From: Ignavibacteriota bacterium
GTDB taxonomy: Bacteria > Bacteroidota > Ignavibacteria > Palsa-1295
DNA: 64,000 nucleotides
Direction of reading: 5' to 3'
Assembly (NCBI GenBank): GCA_963787835.1
Contig: CAWBEI010000003.1
Span: 256,001-320,000 of the forward strand
Numbering within the stretch: the stretch's first letter is position 1; each line of letters starts with the position of its first letter. The notes below the pieces were generated by a model. It saw only the letters and a list, made by a program, of their open reading frames with translations, was not told the origin of the DNA and did not search any database. The position numbers and the translations under genes were made by a program. Shown here piece by piece: positions 9,499 to 18,558 of the stretch.

Positions 9499-11238
9499 TT
9501 AGCGAATTACTACCACCTTTTGAACCGATTCATTGCCGTTCTCGTCCCGTAACACGATCCAGTAATTTCCGGATAACAACCCATCCGTTGAAACCGTCAC
9601 GATCTGCTCACCCTGCTCAATAACTTCGGTTTGTTGCCGAAGTGTTTCGCCGATATCATTCACGACACCAATCGTCATCATCTGGTGCCTGAATGAAAGA
9701 ATATAACATTGAATCGCATCGGCCGTTGGATTCGGATTGACCGATTGCACATTAAATTGGGCTACGCTGGCTGGTGGGCTGGCAGTAAGCTGTACCGGCA
9801 ACTGATAGAACGTGGTCGCAAAAATGGTATCACCGGAGGTAGGATCGATCATGGCAAGCGGCGCGAACTCTCCGTTGGCAATGTCATCGTAAGTGATAGA
9901 CCAATAATTGCTCATCGGCGTGATCGAATCGTTCCGAAGTCCGATCTGCACCCGACTCGAATCGGTTGGTGAGATGCGATACCAGACGGATCCCGTATCG
10001 TACAAAGGAAAGCCATCTGCATCGATGCCAAAATATTGAGAGGGGTACATGCTCGTAAGCTTAACCGGCTTTCCAGCACGGGTCCAGCCAATAGAAAAGC
10101 AATACTTGCCTTTGATGCTGCCATCCGTAATGGAATCGAGTGTGGCAACAGTATCGGGCATGAGCGGCGGGTACATCGGATAGCTAATGCCGTACATGTT
10201 TTTCAGGACCGCACCAGCAAACATTTGGCCGACAGACCGGTAGGTAGTAACGGAATAATGGAATGCGCTATCCCATAGCGAACGGCCAACTGCAGTTCCC
10301 ACAAGCGTAGAAGGAGGCAGTACGCGCAGCGCTTCTCGTGCTTCGGGATAGGTTCCGGGACCAACGATCGATCCTGAATACCCCGAAATCTGTAGATGGA
10401 AAACAGGAAATGTATCCTGAAGATCGCTCCAAAAGTCGTGAATAAGGGTGTCAAACTGAGTGCGATACACATCGGGGTAATAAAGCGCTTCGCCTTCTCC
10501 ATCAGCTTCTCCTTGTATCCAGGTGAAACATTCGAGTTCCGAGCCTGCGTGAAGAAACCGATCGATCGCATCTGGATACATGGAATCTTCAGGATTAGGT
10601 GAATCTTTTAACCATCGCCCCATGGTGCCAATGGAAACCGTTAAACCAGTCCCGCCCACAGCTGTATTCACAATGCCTATTGGTAGAGCATCTCCGATTT
10701 GAGCATACAACAAATTGGCCATTTCGATCCATGGGCCCTGACCTGCGCCGGCCGTTGGCTCTGCTGCAGGCTGCCATGCGGTGTCGCTCGTTAACATTCT
10801 AATATCACCTTGCGCAACTGCGACAAAGATAGGGGATGGCGGATAAACCCAACCGACCGCGTTCGATTGTCCTGCGATGCCGACAATATGTCCGGGCGTG
10901 AGGTTAGCAATTTCTCCTCCAGTATCGGTAGCTGAAAGCCCGGTTCGCCAATACAGCCCATAGTTCAGAAGTGACTTTGGAACCAGCAGCAGAGTATCAA
11001 CAATGCCATTCTTAACACTGATGGAAACCCAGCCTTCCGTGATATTCGATGTGTCGATGCTGGAACTTAACTTGTAACTGAAATTTGAGTAACCATTCAA
11101 AGTAACATGCAGTCTTAGATCGGCATGGTCGCCGTGAACTTGCAAAATGCCATCCGGCAAAGGAGAGATAAAGACAACTTGGGAACGCACAAGGGTTGGC
11201 ACCAGTACGAGAAGAAGTATGAACAAGCGCGGTATCAT
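9499..11238 (-). CDS. SGNH/sialate O-acetylesterase-like protein with T9SS CTD
   Basis: AGQSNA, WIQGEAD and D-SAF-H motifs; C-terminal PNP...GNYWIVL...QKVVVIR. Confidence 0.8.
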   Translation of the reverse strand: MIPRLFILLLVLVPTLVRSQVVFISPLPDGILQVHGDHADLRLHVTLNGYSNFSYKLSSSIDTSNITEGWVSISVKNGIVDTLLLVPKSLLNYGLYWRTGLSATDTGGEIANLTPGHIVGIAGQSNAVGWVYPPSPIFVAVAQGDIRMLTSDTAWQPAAEPTAGAGQGPWIEMANLLYAQIGDALPIGIVNTAVGGTGLTVSIGTMGRWLKDSPNPEDSMYPDAIDRFLHAGSELECFTWIQGEADGEGEALYYPDVYRTQFDTLIHDFWSDLQDTFPVFHLQISGYSGSIVGPGTYPEAREALRVLPPSTLVGTAVGRSLWDSAFHYSVTTYRSVGQMFAGAVLKNMYGISYPMYPPLMPDTVATLDSITDGSIKGKYCFSIGWTRAGKPVKLTSMYPSQYFGIDADGFPLYDTGSVWYRISPTDSSRVQIGLRNDSITPMSNYWSITYDDIANGEFAPLAMIDPTSGDTIFATTFYQLPVQLTASPPASVAQFNVQSVNPNPTADAIQCYILSFRHQMMTIGVVNDIGETLRQQTEVIEQGEQIVTVSTDGLLSGNYWIVLRDENGNESVQKVVVIR

Positions 11239-11239
11239 G

Positions 11240-14068
11240 TTAAGCCAATTCGTCTATACTTGCTTTCAGTTTCTCGATCTGTGAAGTATAGCTTGCATGC
11301 TTTTCGCGCTCTTTTTCGATAACCTCAGCCGGTGCGCGTTCCACAAAGCTGGTGTTCGCAAGTTTTGCGCGTATCTGCTGCTCCTGAGTTTCAACGCGCT
11401 CTAATTCCTTAGATAGCCGTTGTTGTTCAACTTTTCGCTCCTCTTCAGATCGCTGTTCAAGCTTGAGAAATGTTCTTGCCCGTCCGCCGATCATCTCGCT
11501 TGCATATTCCCGCGAGGACAATTCGCCAGCACTCTGCTGAATAACTAAGGTAGAGGCGCGGCTCATGCGTTCGAGAATTTGCCGGGTTGATTCGAACAGT
11601 TCACGATCCTGCTTTGATTCGGCTTGAACAATAATTTCCGCTGATTTCGATGGTGAAAGTCCAACGGTGGAGCGCATGAGCCGAATCGCTTCCACAGTTC
11701 GCTGAACAAAGTAAAATTCCTCTTCAGCTTTATCATCGATCTTCCCTTGATCCGCAGTAATATAATCATCGCGCCCGATGAGCACGCTCTCCGGTTCCCC
11801 GGTAAGCGCGTGCCAGAGTTCTTCCGTGATGAATGGCATGATGGGATGCAACATTCGAAGAACGCCTTCGAGAATTTCAACCGCAAGCGGGATCGAATCC
11901 GGCTGGATCTTTACGATTTCCAGATACCAATCGCAGTAATCGCGCCAGATAAAATCGTAGAGTAGTTTCGTTACTTCGTTGATCTCGTAATTATCGAATG
12001 CCTTGCGAATATCGCGCGCAGTGCGGTTGGCACGAGAGAGAATCCACTTGTCGCTCAAAGTGGATAGTGGATAGTGAGTCGTGGATAGTGAGGAATTCCT
12101 CTTCGTCCGTATTCCACTATCCACTTTCAAACTATCCACTATTTCAGCGTCTTCCGATTCAAATTCGGTTTTCGGATGCGTGGATTTGTATTCCTCCCGT
12201 TTCATCAGCACAAACCGCGTGGCATTCCACAGCTTATTCGCAAAGTTCCTGCCGAACTCGCAGGATTGTTCGCCGAAACGAATGTCCTGTCCAAGTGGCG
12301 CGAGATAAAGCAGCGTAAACCGCAGTGCGTCTGTACCATACTGTGCCATCAGATCGAGCGGATCGGGAGAATTACCGAGGGATTTCGACATTTTTCTTCC
12401 CTCAAGATCGCGGATGATATTATGGAAATAAACTTCCCTAAACGGAATGCGGTCTTTAAGCTCGGTGCGTGGCGAGCCGTCCTTTAGGGGAATAGACGGC
12501 ATGAATTCAATTCCTGCCATAATCATGCGTGCGACCCAGAAGAAAATGATCTCGAAACCGGTAACCAGCAGCGAGGTCGGATAAAATTCCACGAGATCGG
12601 GATTCGCTTCAGGCCACCCGAACGTGGCAAAAGGCCAGAGCCAGGATGAAAACCATGTATCGAGCACATCGGGATCTTGCTGAAGCGGACCATCGTATCC
12701 GGCGGCTTTTGCTTTGGCGCGTGCTTCCTCTTCGTTCCGTCCAACGAAGATCTCGCCCGTCTCCGTATACCATGCGGGAATACGATGTCCCCACCAAAGC
12801 TGGCGCGAGATACACCAATCACGGATGTTCGTCATCCAATGGCGATAGGTATTCGTCCATCGCTCCGGATAGAACTTTATCGTTCCATCTTCGACCACCT
12901 GAAGCGCAGGTTCCGCAAGCTGCTTCATCGAAACAAACCACTGATCGGAAAGATATGGCTCGACCATCTCACCACCGCGCTCGGAATAACCTACGGAATG
13001 CGTATAGTTTTCGATCTTCTCGACAAGACCGAGCAATTGCATTTCTTCAACCACTCGCTTTCGCGCATCGAATCGTTCCAGACCGGCGAAACGTCCGCCG
13101 TTCTCGTTGATGATGCCGCGCGTATCCATCACAAGAATCTGCGGAAGATTATGGCGAATACCAATTTCGAAATCGTTCGGATCGTGCGCGGGAGTGATCT
13201 TCACGCAGCCGGTTCCAAATTCCTTATCGACATAGCCATCCATGATGATGGGAATTTCCCGGTTCATCAGTGGCAGCATCAGCGTTCGTCCCACCAATCG
13301 CTTGTAGCGATCGTCATCGGGATTTACAGCTACCGCAACGTCGCCGAGCATGGTTTCTGGGCGCGTGGTTGCGATTGTTAGATATTCGGGTTGATCGCCA
13401 TGCGAGCCAACAATAGGATATTTGAAATAATAAAGCTTCCCTTGAGTCTCCTTGTGAATAACCTCTTCATCCGAAAGCGCTGACTGCGCGAGCGGCGACC
13501 AATTGATGATGCGCTTGCCGCGATAAATAAGTCCCTTCTCATGCAAACGCACGAAGCATTCGATGACGGCCTCGTAATACTTCGGGTCCATCGTGAAGCG
13601 GGTGCGGCGCCAATCGCAGGAGCAGCCGAGCGCGCGAAGCTGACTGATAATAATATCGCCGTATTTTTCCTTCCACTCCCACACGCGCTCCAAGAACTTT
13701 TCGCGTCCGAGATCATGCCGCGTGAGACCTTCGGCGCGCATTTCGCGCTCGATCTTCGTTTGCGTGGCAATGCCGGCATGATCGGTTCCCGGCAGCCACA
13801 ATGCCTCGTGACCGAGCATCCGGTGGTAACGTGTATAAACGTCCTGAATCGTGAACGTAAAGGCATGGCCGACATGCAAAATACCCGTCACGTTGGGCGG
13901 AGGAATGGCAATAACGAATGGCGGCTTATCGATGGCGCGGCGTCCGGTGGGGTCCTGCGGGTTCAGTTCGGCGCGATTGGCGTCGAAGAGATGGTATTGT
14001 TCCCAACGGTCGTACCACGCCGATTCAACGGCGCTCGGGGTGTAGGCTTTTGCTAATGGTTCTGGCAT
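11240..14068 (-). CDS. valS: Valine--tRNA ligase
   Basis: PPPNVTGILHVGH (HIGH motif), WCISRQLWWGHRIP, KMSKS and C-terminal coiled coil. Confidence 0.99.
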   Translation of the reverse strand: MPEPLAKAYTPSAVESAWYDRWEQYHLFDANRAELNPQDPTGRRAIDKPPFVIAIPPPNVTGILHVGHAFTFTIQDVYTRYHRMLGHEALWLPGTDHAGIATQTKIEREMRAEGLTRHDLGREKFLERVWEWKEKYGDIIISQLRALGCSCDWRRTRFTMDPKYYEAVIECFVRLHEKGLIYRGKRIINWSPLAQSALSDEEVIHKETQGKLYYFKYPIVGSHGDQPEYLTIATTRPETMLGDVAVAVNPDDDRYKRLVGRTLMLPLMNREIPIIMDGYVDKEFGTGCVKITPAHDPNDFEIGIRHNLPQILVMDTRGIINENGGRFAGLERFDARKRVVEEMQLLGLVEKIENYTHSVGYSERGGEMVEPYLSDQWFVSMKQLAEPALQVVEDGTIKFYPERWTNTYRHWMTNIRDWCISRQLWWGHRIPAWYTETGEIFVGRNEEEARAKAKAAGYDGPLQQDPDVLDTWFSSWLWPFATFGWPEANPDLVEFYPTSLLVTGFEIIFFWVARMIMAGIEFMPSIPLKDGSPRTELKDRIPFREVYFHNIIRDLEGRKMSKSLGNSPDPLDLMAQYGTDALRFTLLYLAPLGQDIRFGEQSCEFGRNFANKLWNATRFVLMKREEYKSTHPKTEFESEDAEIVDSLKVDSGIRTKRNSSLSTTHYPLSTLSDKWILSRANRTARDIRKAFDNYEINEVTKLLYDFIWRDYCDWYLEIVKIQPDSIPLAVEILEGVLRMLHPIMPFITEELWHALTGEPESVLIGRDDYITADQGKIDDKAEEEFYFVQRTVEAIRLMRSTVGLSPSKSAEIIVQAESKQDRELFESTRQILERMSRASTLVIQQSAGELSSREYASEMIGGRARTFLKLEQRSEEERKVEQQRLSKELERVETQEQQIRAKLANTSFVERAPAEVIEKEREKHASYTSQIEKLKASIDELA
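12059..12142. repeat. Inverted heptamer-repeat element (AGTGGAT)n/(ATCCACT)n inside valS
   Basis: AGTGGAT AGTGGAT AGTGAGT CGTGGAT AGTGAGG ... TTCCACT ATCCACT TTCAAACT ATCCACT AT. Confidence 0.8.
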
Positions 14069-14184
14069 AGAATTTGGTAGAACGCCGCGAATGTGCTAGC
14101 AGTGCCAAAGTCCCTTGATTTTTTGAGAACGAAACATCTCTCCATTGTGTAACCAATAGCATAAATAGGATAAAAGACACGCTT

Positions 14185-15021
14185 ATGAAGCTCAGATTTT
14201 TATCACTCGCTTTAATCTCCGCTTTAGCTGGATGCACAACAAACGTTGAAGATCCAAGTTACTATCTTGATGCGGTTCAACGAGTTGTCGAACCTGGAAG
14301 TTATCCTGCCTACCCGTTCGGAGATATGTGGAACGGTAGAACCTTCCTGATGAGCAGCACCGAAATATCGAGCGAACTCGTCGGCCCGACGATCATCACT
14401 CTTGAAAATGGTCAACATTTTGATGCTGCCGTTGGACTTTTTCGAGGGCAGACCATAAGCGGACTTTCTGACCCAACCAATCTACCGATCGGTCGAATGG
14501 CTTTTGAGTTAAACAACACACCCTCTCAAGTAGGAGGCGCAGCCATTAACAATGAAACTCTTGCGTGGCTTCCATCGGGTTCAGGAATCGGATCAGATTG
14601 GTCCTATGGGAAGGCCGACCCTAATTTATATGATTCGCTGGGTAGCATGGCGTTTTCGTATATGGATTTCAACGGTGAAACCTATAACGATACCGTGAGC
14701 GTTGCGCCAGCATTTGGAACAATAACGTTCCCAGACTCCATATCCATTTCGCATGGATGCGTCATCTCCTATCAGCATTCTGTCCCGAACGATAGCATCG
14801 GAATTTATGTCGATATGTTCGACACTAGTTTTTTTGTAACAAGGCCCGACAATGGCTCCATCGTTTTAGCGCCTAACCAATTTCCACACTCGAATTACAC
14901 CGAGTTAGCCATTTACTTCTATCGATGGAATTGGTCAACTCAAACAACTCCGAGCGGTAAAAGAATTGGCGTCTATTCTGCCATGGAAACGAACGGACAA
15001 TATATTCCCACTGCGCCCTAG
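14185..15021 (+). CDS. Hypothetical lipoprotein
   Basis: Lipobox LAG-C; 278-aa ORF divergent from valS. Confidence 0.75.
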   Translation: MKLRFLSLALISALAGCTTNVEDPSYYLDAVQRVVEPGSYPAYPFGDMWNGRTFLMSSTEISSELVGPTIITLENGQHFDAAVGLFRGQTISGLSDPTNLPIGRMAFELNNTPSQVGGAAINNETLAWLPSGSGIGSDWSYGKADPNLYDSLGSMAFSYMDFNGETYNDTVSVAPAFGTITFPDSISISHGCVISYQHSVPNDSIGIYVDMFDTSFFVTRPDNGSIVLAPNQFPHSNYTELAIYFYRWNWSTQTTPSGKRIGVYSAMETNGQYIPTAP

Positions 15022-15099
15022 TCCTGTCGTATAATTTATTTTGCGAGTAAGCAGGTTCATTCAGATTGTGAGGTCAAAACTCTTCGTAATTTTGCACTA

Positions 15100-15657
15100 A
15101 TGCCAACCCCCGCTCCCCGACAGATCGCTGAAATCCATGCTGCCCGCAAGCTTATGCTTGCCGGGCGGCCACGCGATGCGCTACGCAAGATCGCGAGCAT
15201 ACAGATCCCGTTCGCTACGCTGCACATCGTGCGCGGCGAGTGCTGTTACGTGCTCGGCCAGTGGGCCGATGCTGTTCGGGAGCTCGATGATGCCTTAAAG
15301 CTTTCACCGAACTCCCCTCGCGCAGAAATTCTGCTGATGCTTGCTTCGGAAATGCAGGAACTGTCACGAACTATGCGTCCGACAACGAACATCGCTCAAT
15401 CCATAGCAAGCGCCGAGCCAGAGACCGTTGCGCCAACAATGCCGCGTCCGGTCATTGATAGAAGCAAGCTTTCCAAAGAAGAGCCGAGCGAAACGGTGGA
15501 GGAGATCGGATTGGTCAGCGAAACGCTTGCGGAATTGATGATCGCTCAGGGTAAATTCGATGAGGCACGGAAGGTGTATATTCAGCTTTCGCAACTCAAT
15601 CCTGACCGGTATGAATATTTCCGAGAGCGCATTCAAAAATTAGAAAATCAAGAATAA
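15100..15657 (+). CDS. TPR-containing protein
   Basis: N-terminal TPR-like helices. C-terminal VSETLAELMIAQGKFDEARKVY...P...YF..RI..L is typical of FCB TPR proteins. Confidence 0.8.
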   Translation: MPTPAPRQIAEIHAARKLMLAGRPRDALRKIASIQIPFATLHIVRGECCYVLGQWADAVRELDDALKLSPNSPRAEILLMLASEMQELSRTMRPTTNIAQSIASAEPETVAPTMPRPVIDRSKLSKEEPSETVEEIGLVSETLAELMIAQGKFDEARKVYIQLSQLNPDRYEYFRERIQKLENQE

Positions 15658-15665
15658 TATAATAT

Positions 15666-15785
15666 CGTCATTGCGAGGAGTCCCGAAGGGACGACGAAGC
15701 AATCCATTGAGATTGCGTTTGCTCTCAACGGATTGCTTCGTCGCGTTCGGCTCCCTACGGTCGCCGAACGCTCCTAGCAATGACG
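15666..15785. repeat. GTCATTGCGAG-type palindromic element (RPE/REP-like)
   Basis: CGTCATTGCGAGG...GACGAAGCAATCC...GGATTGCTTCGTC...CCTAGCAATGACG. Confidence 0.88.
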
Positions 15786-15805
15786 TGCTTTAAAAAAGAT
15801 TTATT

Positions 15806-16120
15806 ATGACCCCATTTACGCAGAATTACGACACAACCATCCGCGACCTTGAAGGAAAACTTGAGACCTTGATCGATTCCGGCATTGAGTTCGATTTTTC
15901 CCGCTCCGGCGATGTGCTTACCATCGAGTTCGATAGCGGAGAGAAGATCATCATTACCCCACAAGCGCCAACAGAGCAATTATGGATCTCCGCAAATTAT
16001 GCAGGCCATCGGTTCAATTGGAATGACGGAAATTGGGTGAATGAGAAAGGCGGTCAGGAACTAATTCCATTCTTGTCTCAAGCTTTATCCTCTCAGCTTG
16101 GAATGCAAATTGAAATTTAA
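15806..16120 (+). CDS. cyaY: Frataxin/CyaY family iron donor
   Basis: GDVLTIEF, IIITPQAPTEQLWIS, GHRF..W; 104 aa and acidic. Confidence 0.85.
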   Translation: MTPFTQNYDTTIRDLEGKLETLIDSGIEFDFSRSGDVLTIEFDSGEKIIITPQAPTEQLWISANYAGHRFNWNDGNWVNEKGGQELIPFLSQALSSQLGMQIEI

Positions 16121-16132
16121 CGAACGGTTTCT

Positions 16133-16214
16133 TGTCATCCCCGCGAAAGCGGGGATCCAGATGTGCCCTTTCCCGTAACTCAAGCTATGGATTCCCGCTT
16201 TCGCGGGAATGACA
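16133..16214. repeat. Inverted REP doublet (GTCATYCCCGCGAAAGCGGG family) between convergent genes
   Basis: TGTCATCCCCGCGAAAGCGGGGATCCA...TGGATTCCCGCTTTCGCGGGAATGACA. Confidence 0.9.
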
Positions 16215-16221
16215 TCTTAAC

Positions 16222-17007
16222 CTATGCGCGATGCACAACAGCCGCCGAACCCTGATTGGTTGGCAAAATAATCACTTCCGCAACCTGAACATGCGCGGGT
16301 CGGCTGGCGCACCAAACGATAGTATCAGCAATATCGGATGGCATAAGCGCTTCCAATCCTTTATAGACACTTTTCGCACGCTCTTTATCTCCGTGGAAAC
16401 GCACTTCGGAAAACTCCGTCTCCACTAATCCTGGATCAATCGTCGTAGCCCGAAGTGGTGTATCGAAAAGATCAAGTCGAAGCCCTTGGGTTAAAGCATT
16501 AACCGCAAACTTTGAGGCGCAATAAACATTCCCCTTGGGATACACTTCATGTCCCGCGATCGAGCCGATATTGATGATATGTCCGCGCCCACGGACGATC
16601 ATGCCTGGCACAATTTTGCGCGTCATGTAAAGCAAGCCTTTTACATTCGTATCGATCATTTCTTCCCAATCTTCGATGAGACCATCCTGAAACTTATCGA
16701 GTCCGCGTGAAAGACCAGCGTTGTTAAGAAGAATGTCAATATTTTTCCAATCTTCGGGTAGTGAATCAAGGCTTCGATCGACCGCTTTTCTATCCCGGAC
16801 ATCGAGCACAAAAGAGTAAACGTTTGCATGAAATTCGTCCTCGAGGAGAGATTTCAGTTCATTCAGGCGTTCGTCACGCCTTGCACAGATGAGAATTCTC
16901 GCGCCTTCGCGGGCAAAAGCTTCCGCCGAAGCGCGGCCAATACCACTGCTGGCGCCAGTAATGAGAACGGTTTGGTTAGTTAAGGAAATTGTGCCTTTAT
17001 TGCTCAT
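16222..17007 (-). CDS. YdfG-like short-chain dehydrogenase/reductase
   Basis: TGASSGIG, NNAG, YCASK and ETEFSEVRFHGD. Confidence 0.93.
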   Translation of the reverse strand: MSNKGTISLTNQTVLITGASSGIGRASAEAFAREGARILICARRDERLNELKSLLEDEFHANVYSFVLDVRDRKAVDRSLDSLPEDWKNIDILLNNAGLSRGLDKFQDGLIEDWEEMIDTNVKGLLYMTRKIVPGMIVRGRGHIINIGSIAGHEVYPKGNVYCASKFAVNALTQGLRLDLFDTPLRATTIDPGLVETEFSEVRFHGDKERAKSVYKGLEALMPSDIADTIVWCASRPAHVQVAEVIILPTNQGSAAVVHRA

Positions 17008-17065
17008 GTAAAAATGGGATTGCGATATGGCCTAAAGGCAGGCCAGGTAAGAAGATGAGTGACCG

Positions 17066-17139
17066 CTCCTGAGGTAGGACTTGAACCTACGACCCTCTGA
17101 TTAACAGTCAGATGCTCTAACCAACTGAGCTACTCAGGA
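17066..17139 (-). tRNA. tRNA-Asn(GTT)
   Basis: TCCTGAGTAGCTCAGTTGGTTAGAGCATCTGACT-GTT-AATCAGAGGGTCGTAGGTTCAAGTCCTACCTCAGGAG; CCA is not encoded. Confidence 0.97.
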
Positions 17140-17214
17140 ATGAAGTGCCGCAAAACGAGTACAATGGCCTGCGCGGTTCCGGCGAGAGCAGCTTATTTGC
17201 TGAATATAGATTAT

Positions 17215-18558
17215 TCAGAGCAAATATTTCTTACGTTTCCTCCACAATGTGGCGCTATCGATCTTGAGCACCCGCGCGGCTTCTTCGAGGCTCGATGTTT
17301 TGCCAATAACCTGCGCAATGTAATCCCGCTCCACTTCCTCGAGCGAGTGTAGTGCAGAGGTGCCATCCGTCATGGTCGGTAATCTATTCTCGAATGTATT
17401 CCGGCTAATTCCGATATACTCTGGCAGATCCTGCAACTCGATCGTTCGCCGTTCTCCGGCAAGGACGGTAGCACGAAGCATGGTATTTTCCAATTCGCGG
17501 ACGTTGCCGCGCCAATCGTATTCAAGAAGGGCTGATTTAACTTCCTCTGAAAGCTCCGGCATGTTAGTAGCTTTTGATGCGCTGGAGCTAAATCGCTCTG
17601 CAAGCGCGAGAATGTCTTCCTTGCGTAAACGAAGCGGTGGAATGAGCAGCCGTACACCGCTCAACCGGTAAAAAAGATCTTCACGGAATTCACCTCGTTG
17701 AATGGCATCTTCGAGATTGCGATTTGTAGCAGCAATGATACGCACATCTGCATATCTTGTTTGGTTTTCTCCGACGCGCTGAAATTCACGGCTCTGCAAA
17801 AAACGCAGAAGTTTGGCCTGAATTGGCGGTGGCATTTCGCCGATCTCATCGAGAAAAAGAGTTCCACCATCGGCAGCTTCGACACGACCGGCGCGGTCTT
17901 TCATCGCTCCGGTAAACGCGCCTTTTACGTGACCGAATAATTCGGATTCAACAAGTTCTGCCGACAAGGCCGCGCAATTAAGCTTTACGATTGGCTTCGC
18001 TGCACGGTCGCTTTTCTTATGAATGAAATCCGCGACTAATTCTTTGCCGGTTCCCGTCTCACCCTCGATAAGAATTGTAAGCTGCGAATTTGCAACTCGC
18101 TCTGCCATGCGAAGCACTCCAAGATAGGTTAGATTCTGCGTGATTATTTCATTTGACGCACGAGATGCTGCCTGAAGCGCATGTGATCTCATCACGCGTT
18201 CGACAAATTCCGTCAGCTCGCGCAGTTCAAACGGCTTTTGGAGGTAATCGTATGCGCCAAGCTTCATCGCTGATACCGCAGTCTCCACGGTACCATGCGC
18301 GGTAATGATAACAATAGTTATATCCGGCATCCGGCGATGCAGTTCCTGCATGAGTGTGATGCCGTTCATCGGAAACATCATCAGATCGAGAAAGGCAACA
18401 TCATAGGAAATAGCTCCGAGGAGGTCTTTATCTATTTCGCGAAGCGCAGCTTCGGCCTCCTCGAATGCAGTTACATCATAGCCGAGCGCCTTCAGGCCGA
18501 TCGTCATCGTTTTTACGATGTGCGGCTCGTCATCGACGATGAGAATCTTTCCTTTCAT
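17215..18558 (-). CDS. Sigma-54-dependent response regulator (NtrC/AlgB-like)
   Basis: Receiver domain, [14 protein letters not shown] and C-terminal [13 protein letters not shown]. Confidence 0.95.
   Translation of the reverse strand: MKGKILIVDDEPHIVKTMTIGLKALGYDVTAFEEAEAALREIDKDLLGAISYDVAFLDLMMFPMNGITLMQELHRRMPDITIVIITAHGTVETAVSAMKLGAYDYLQKPFELRELTEFVERVMRSHALQAASRASNEIITQNLTYLGVLRMAERVANSQLTILIEGETGTGKELVADFIHKKSDRAAKPIVKLNCAALSAELVESELFGHVKGAFTGAMKDRAGRVEAADGGTLFLDEIGEMPPPIQAKLLRFLQSREFQRVGENQTRYADVRIIAATNRNLEDAIQRGEFREDLFYRLSGVRLLIPPLRLRKEDILALAERFSSSASKATNMPELSEEVKSALLEYDWRGNVRELENTMLRATVLAGERRTIELQDLPEYIGISRNTFENRLPTMTDGTSALHSLEEVERDYIAQVIGKTSSLEEAARVLKIDSATLWRKRKKYLL

Noticed and set aside
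12450-12500. Second ValS insertion (PSIPLKDGSPRTELKDR) as repeat-derived
   Set aside because: No palindrome or tandem repeat at DNA level; probably an ordinary lineage-specific loop.
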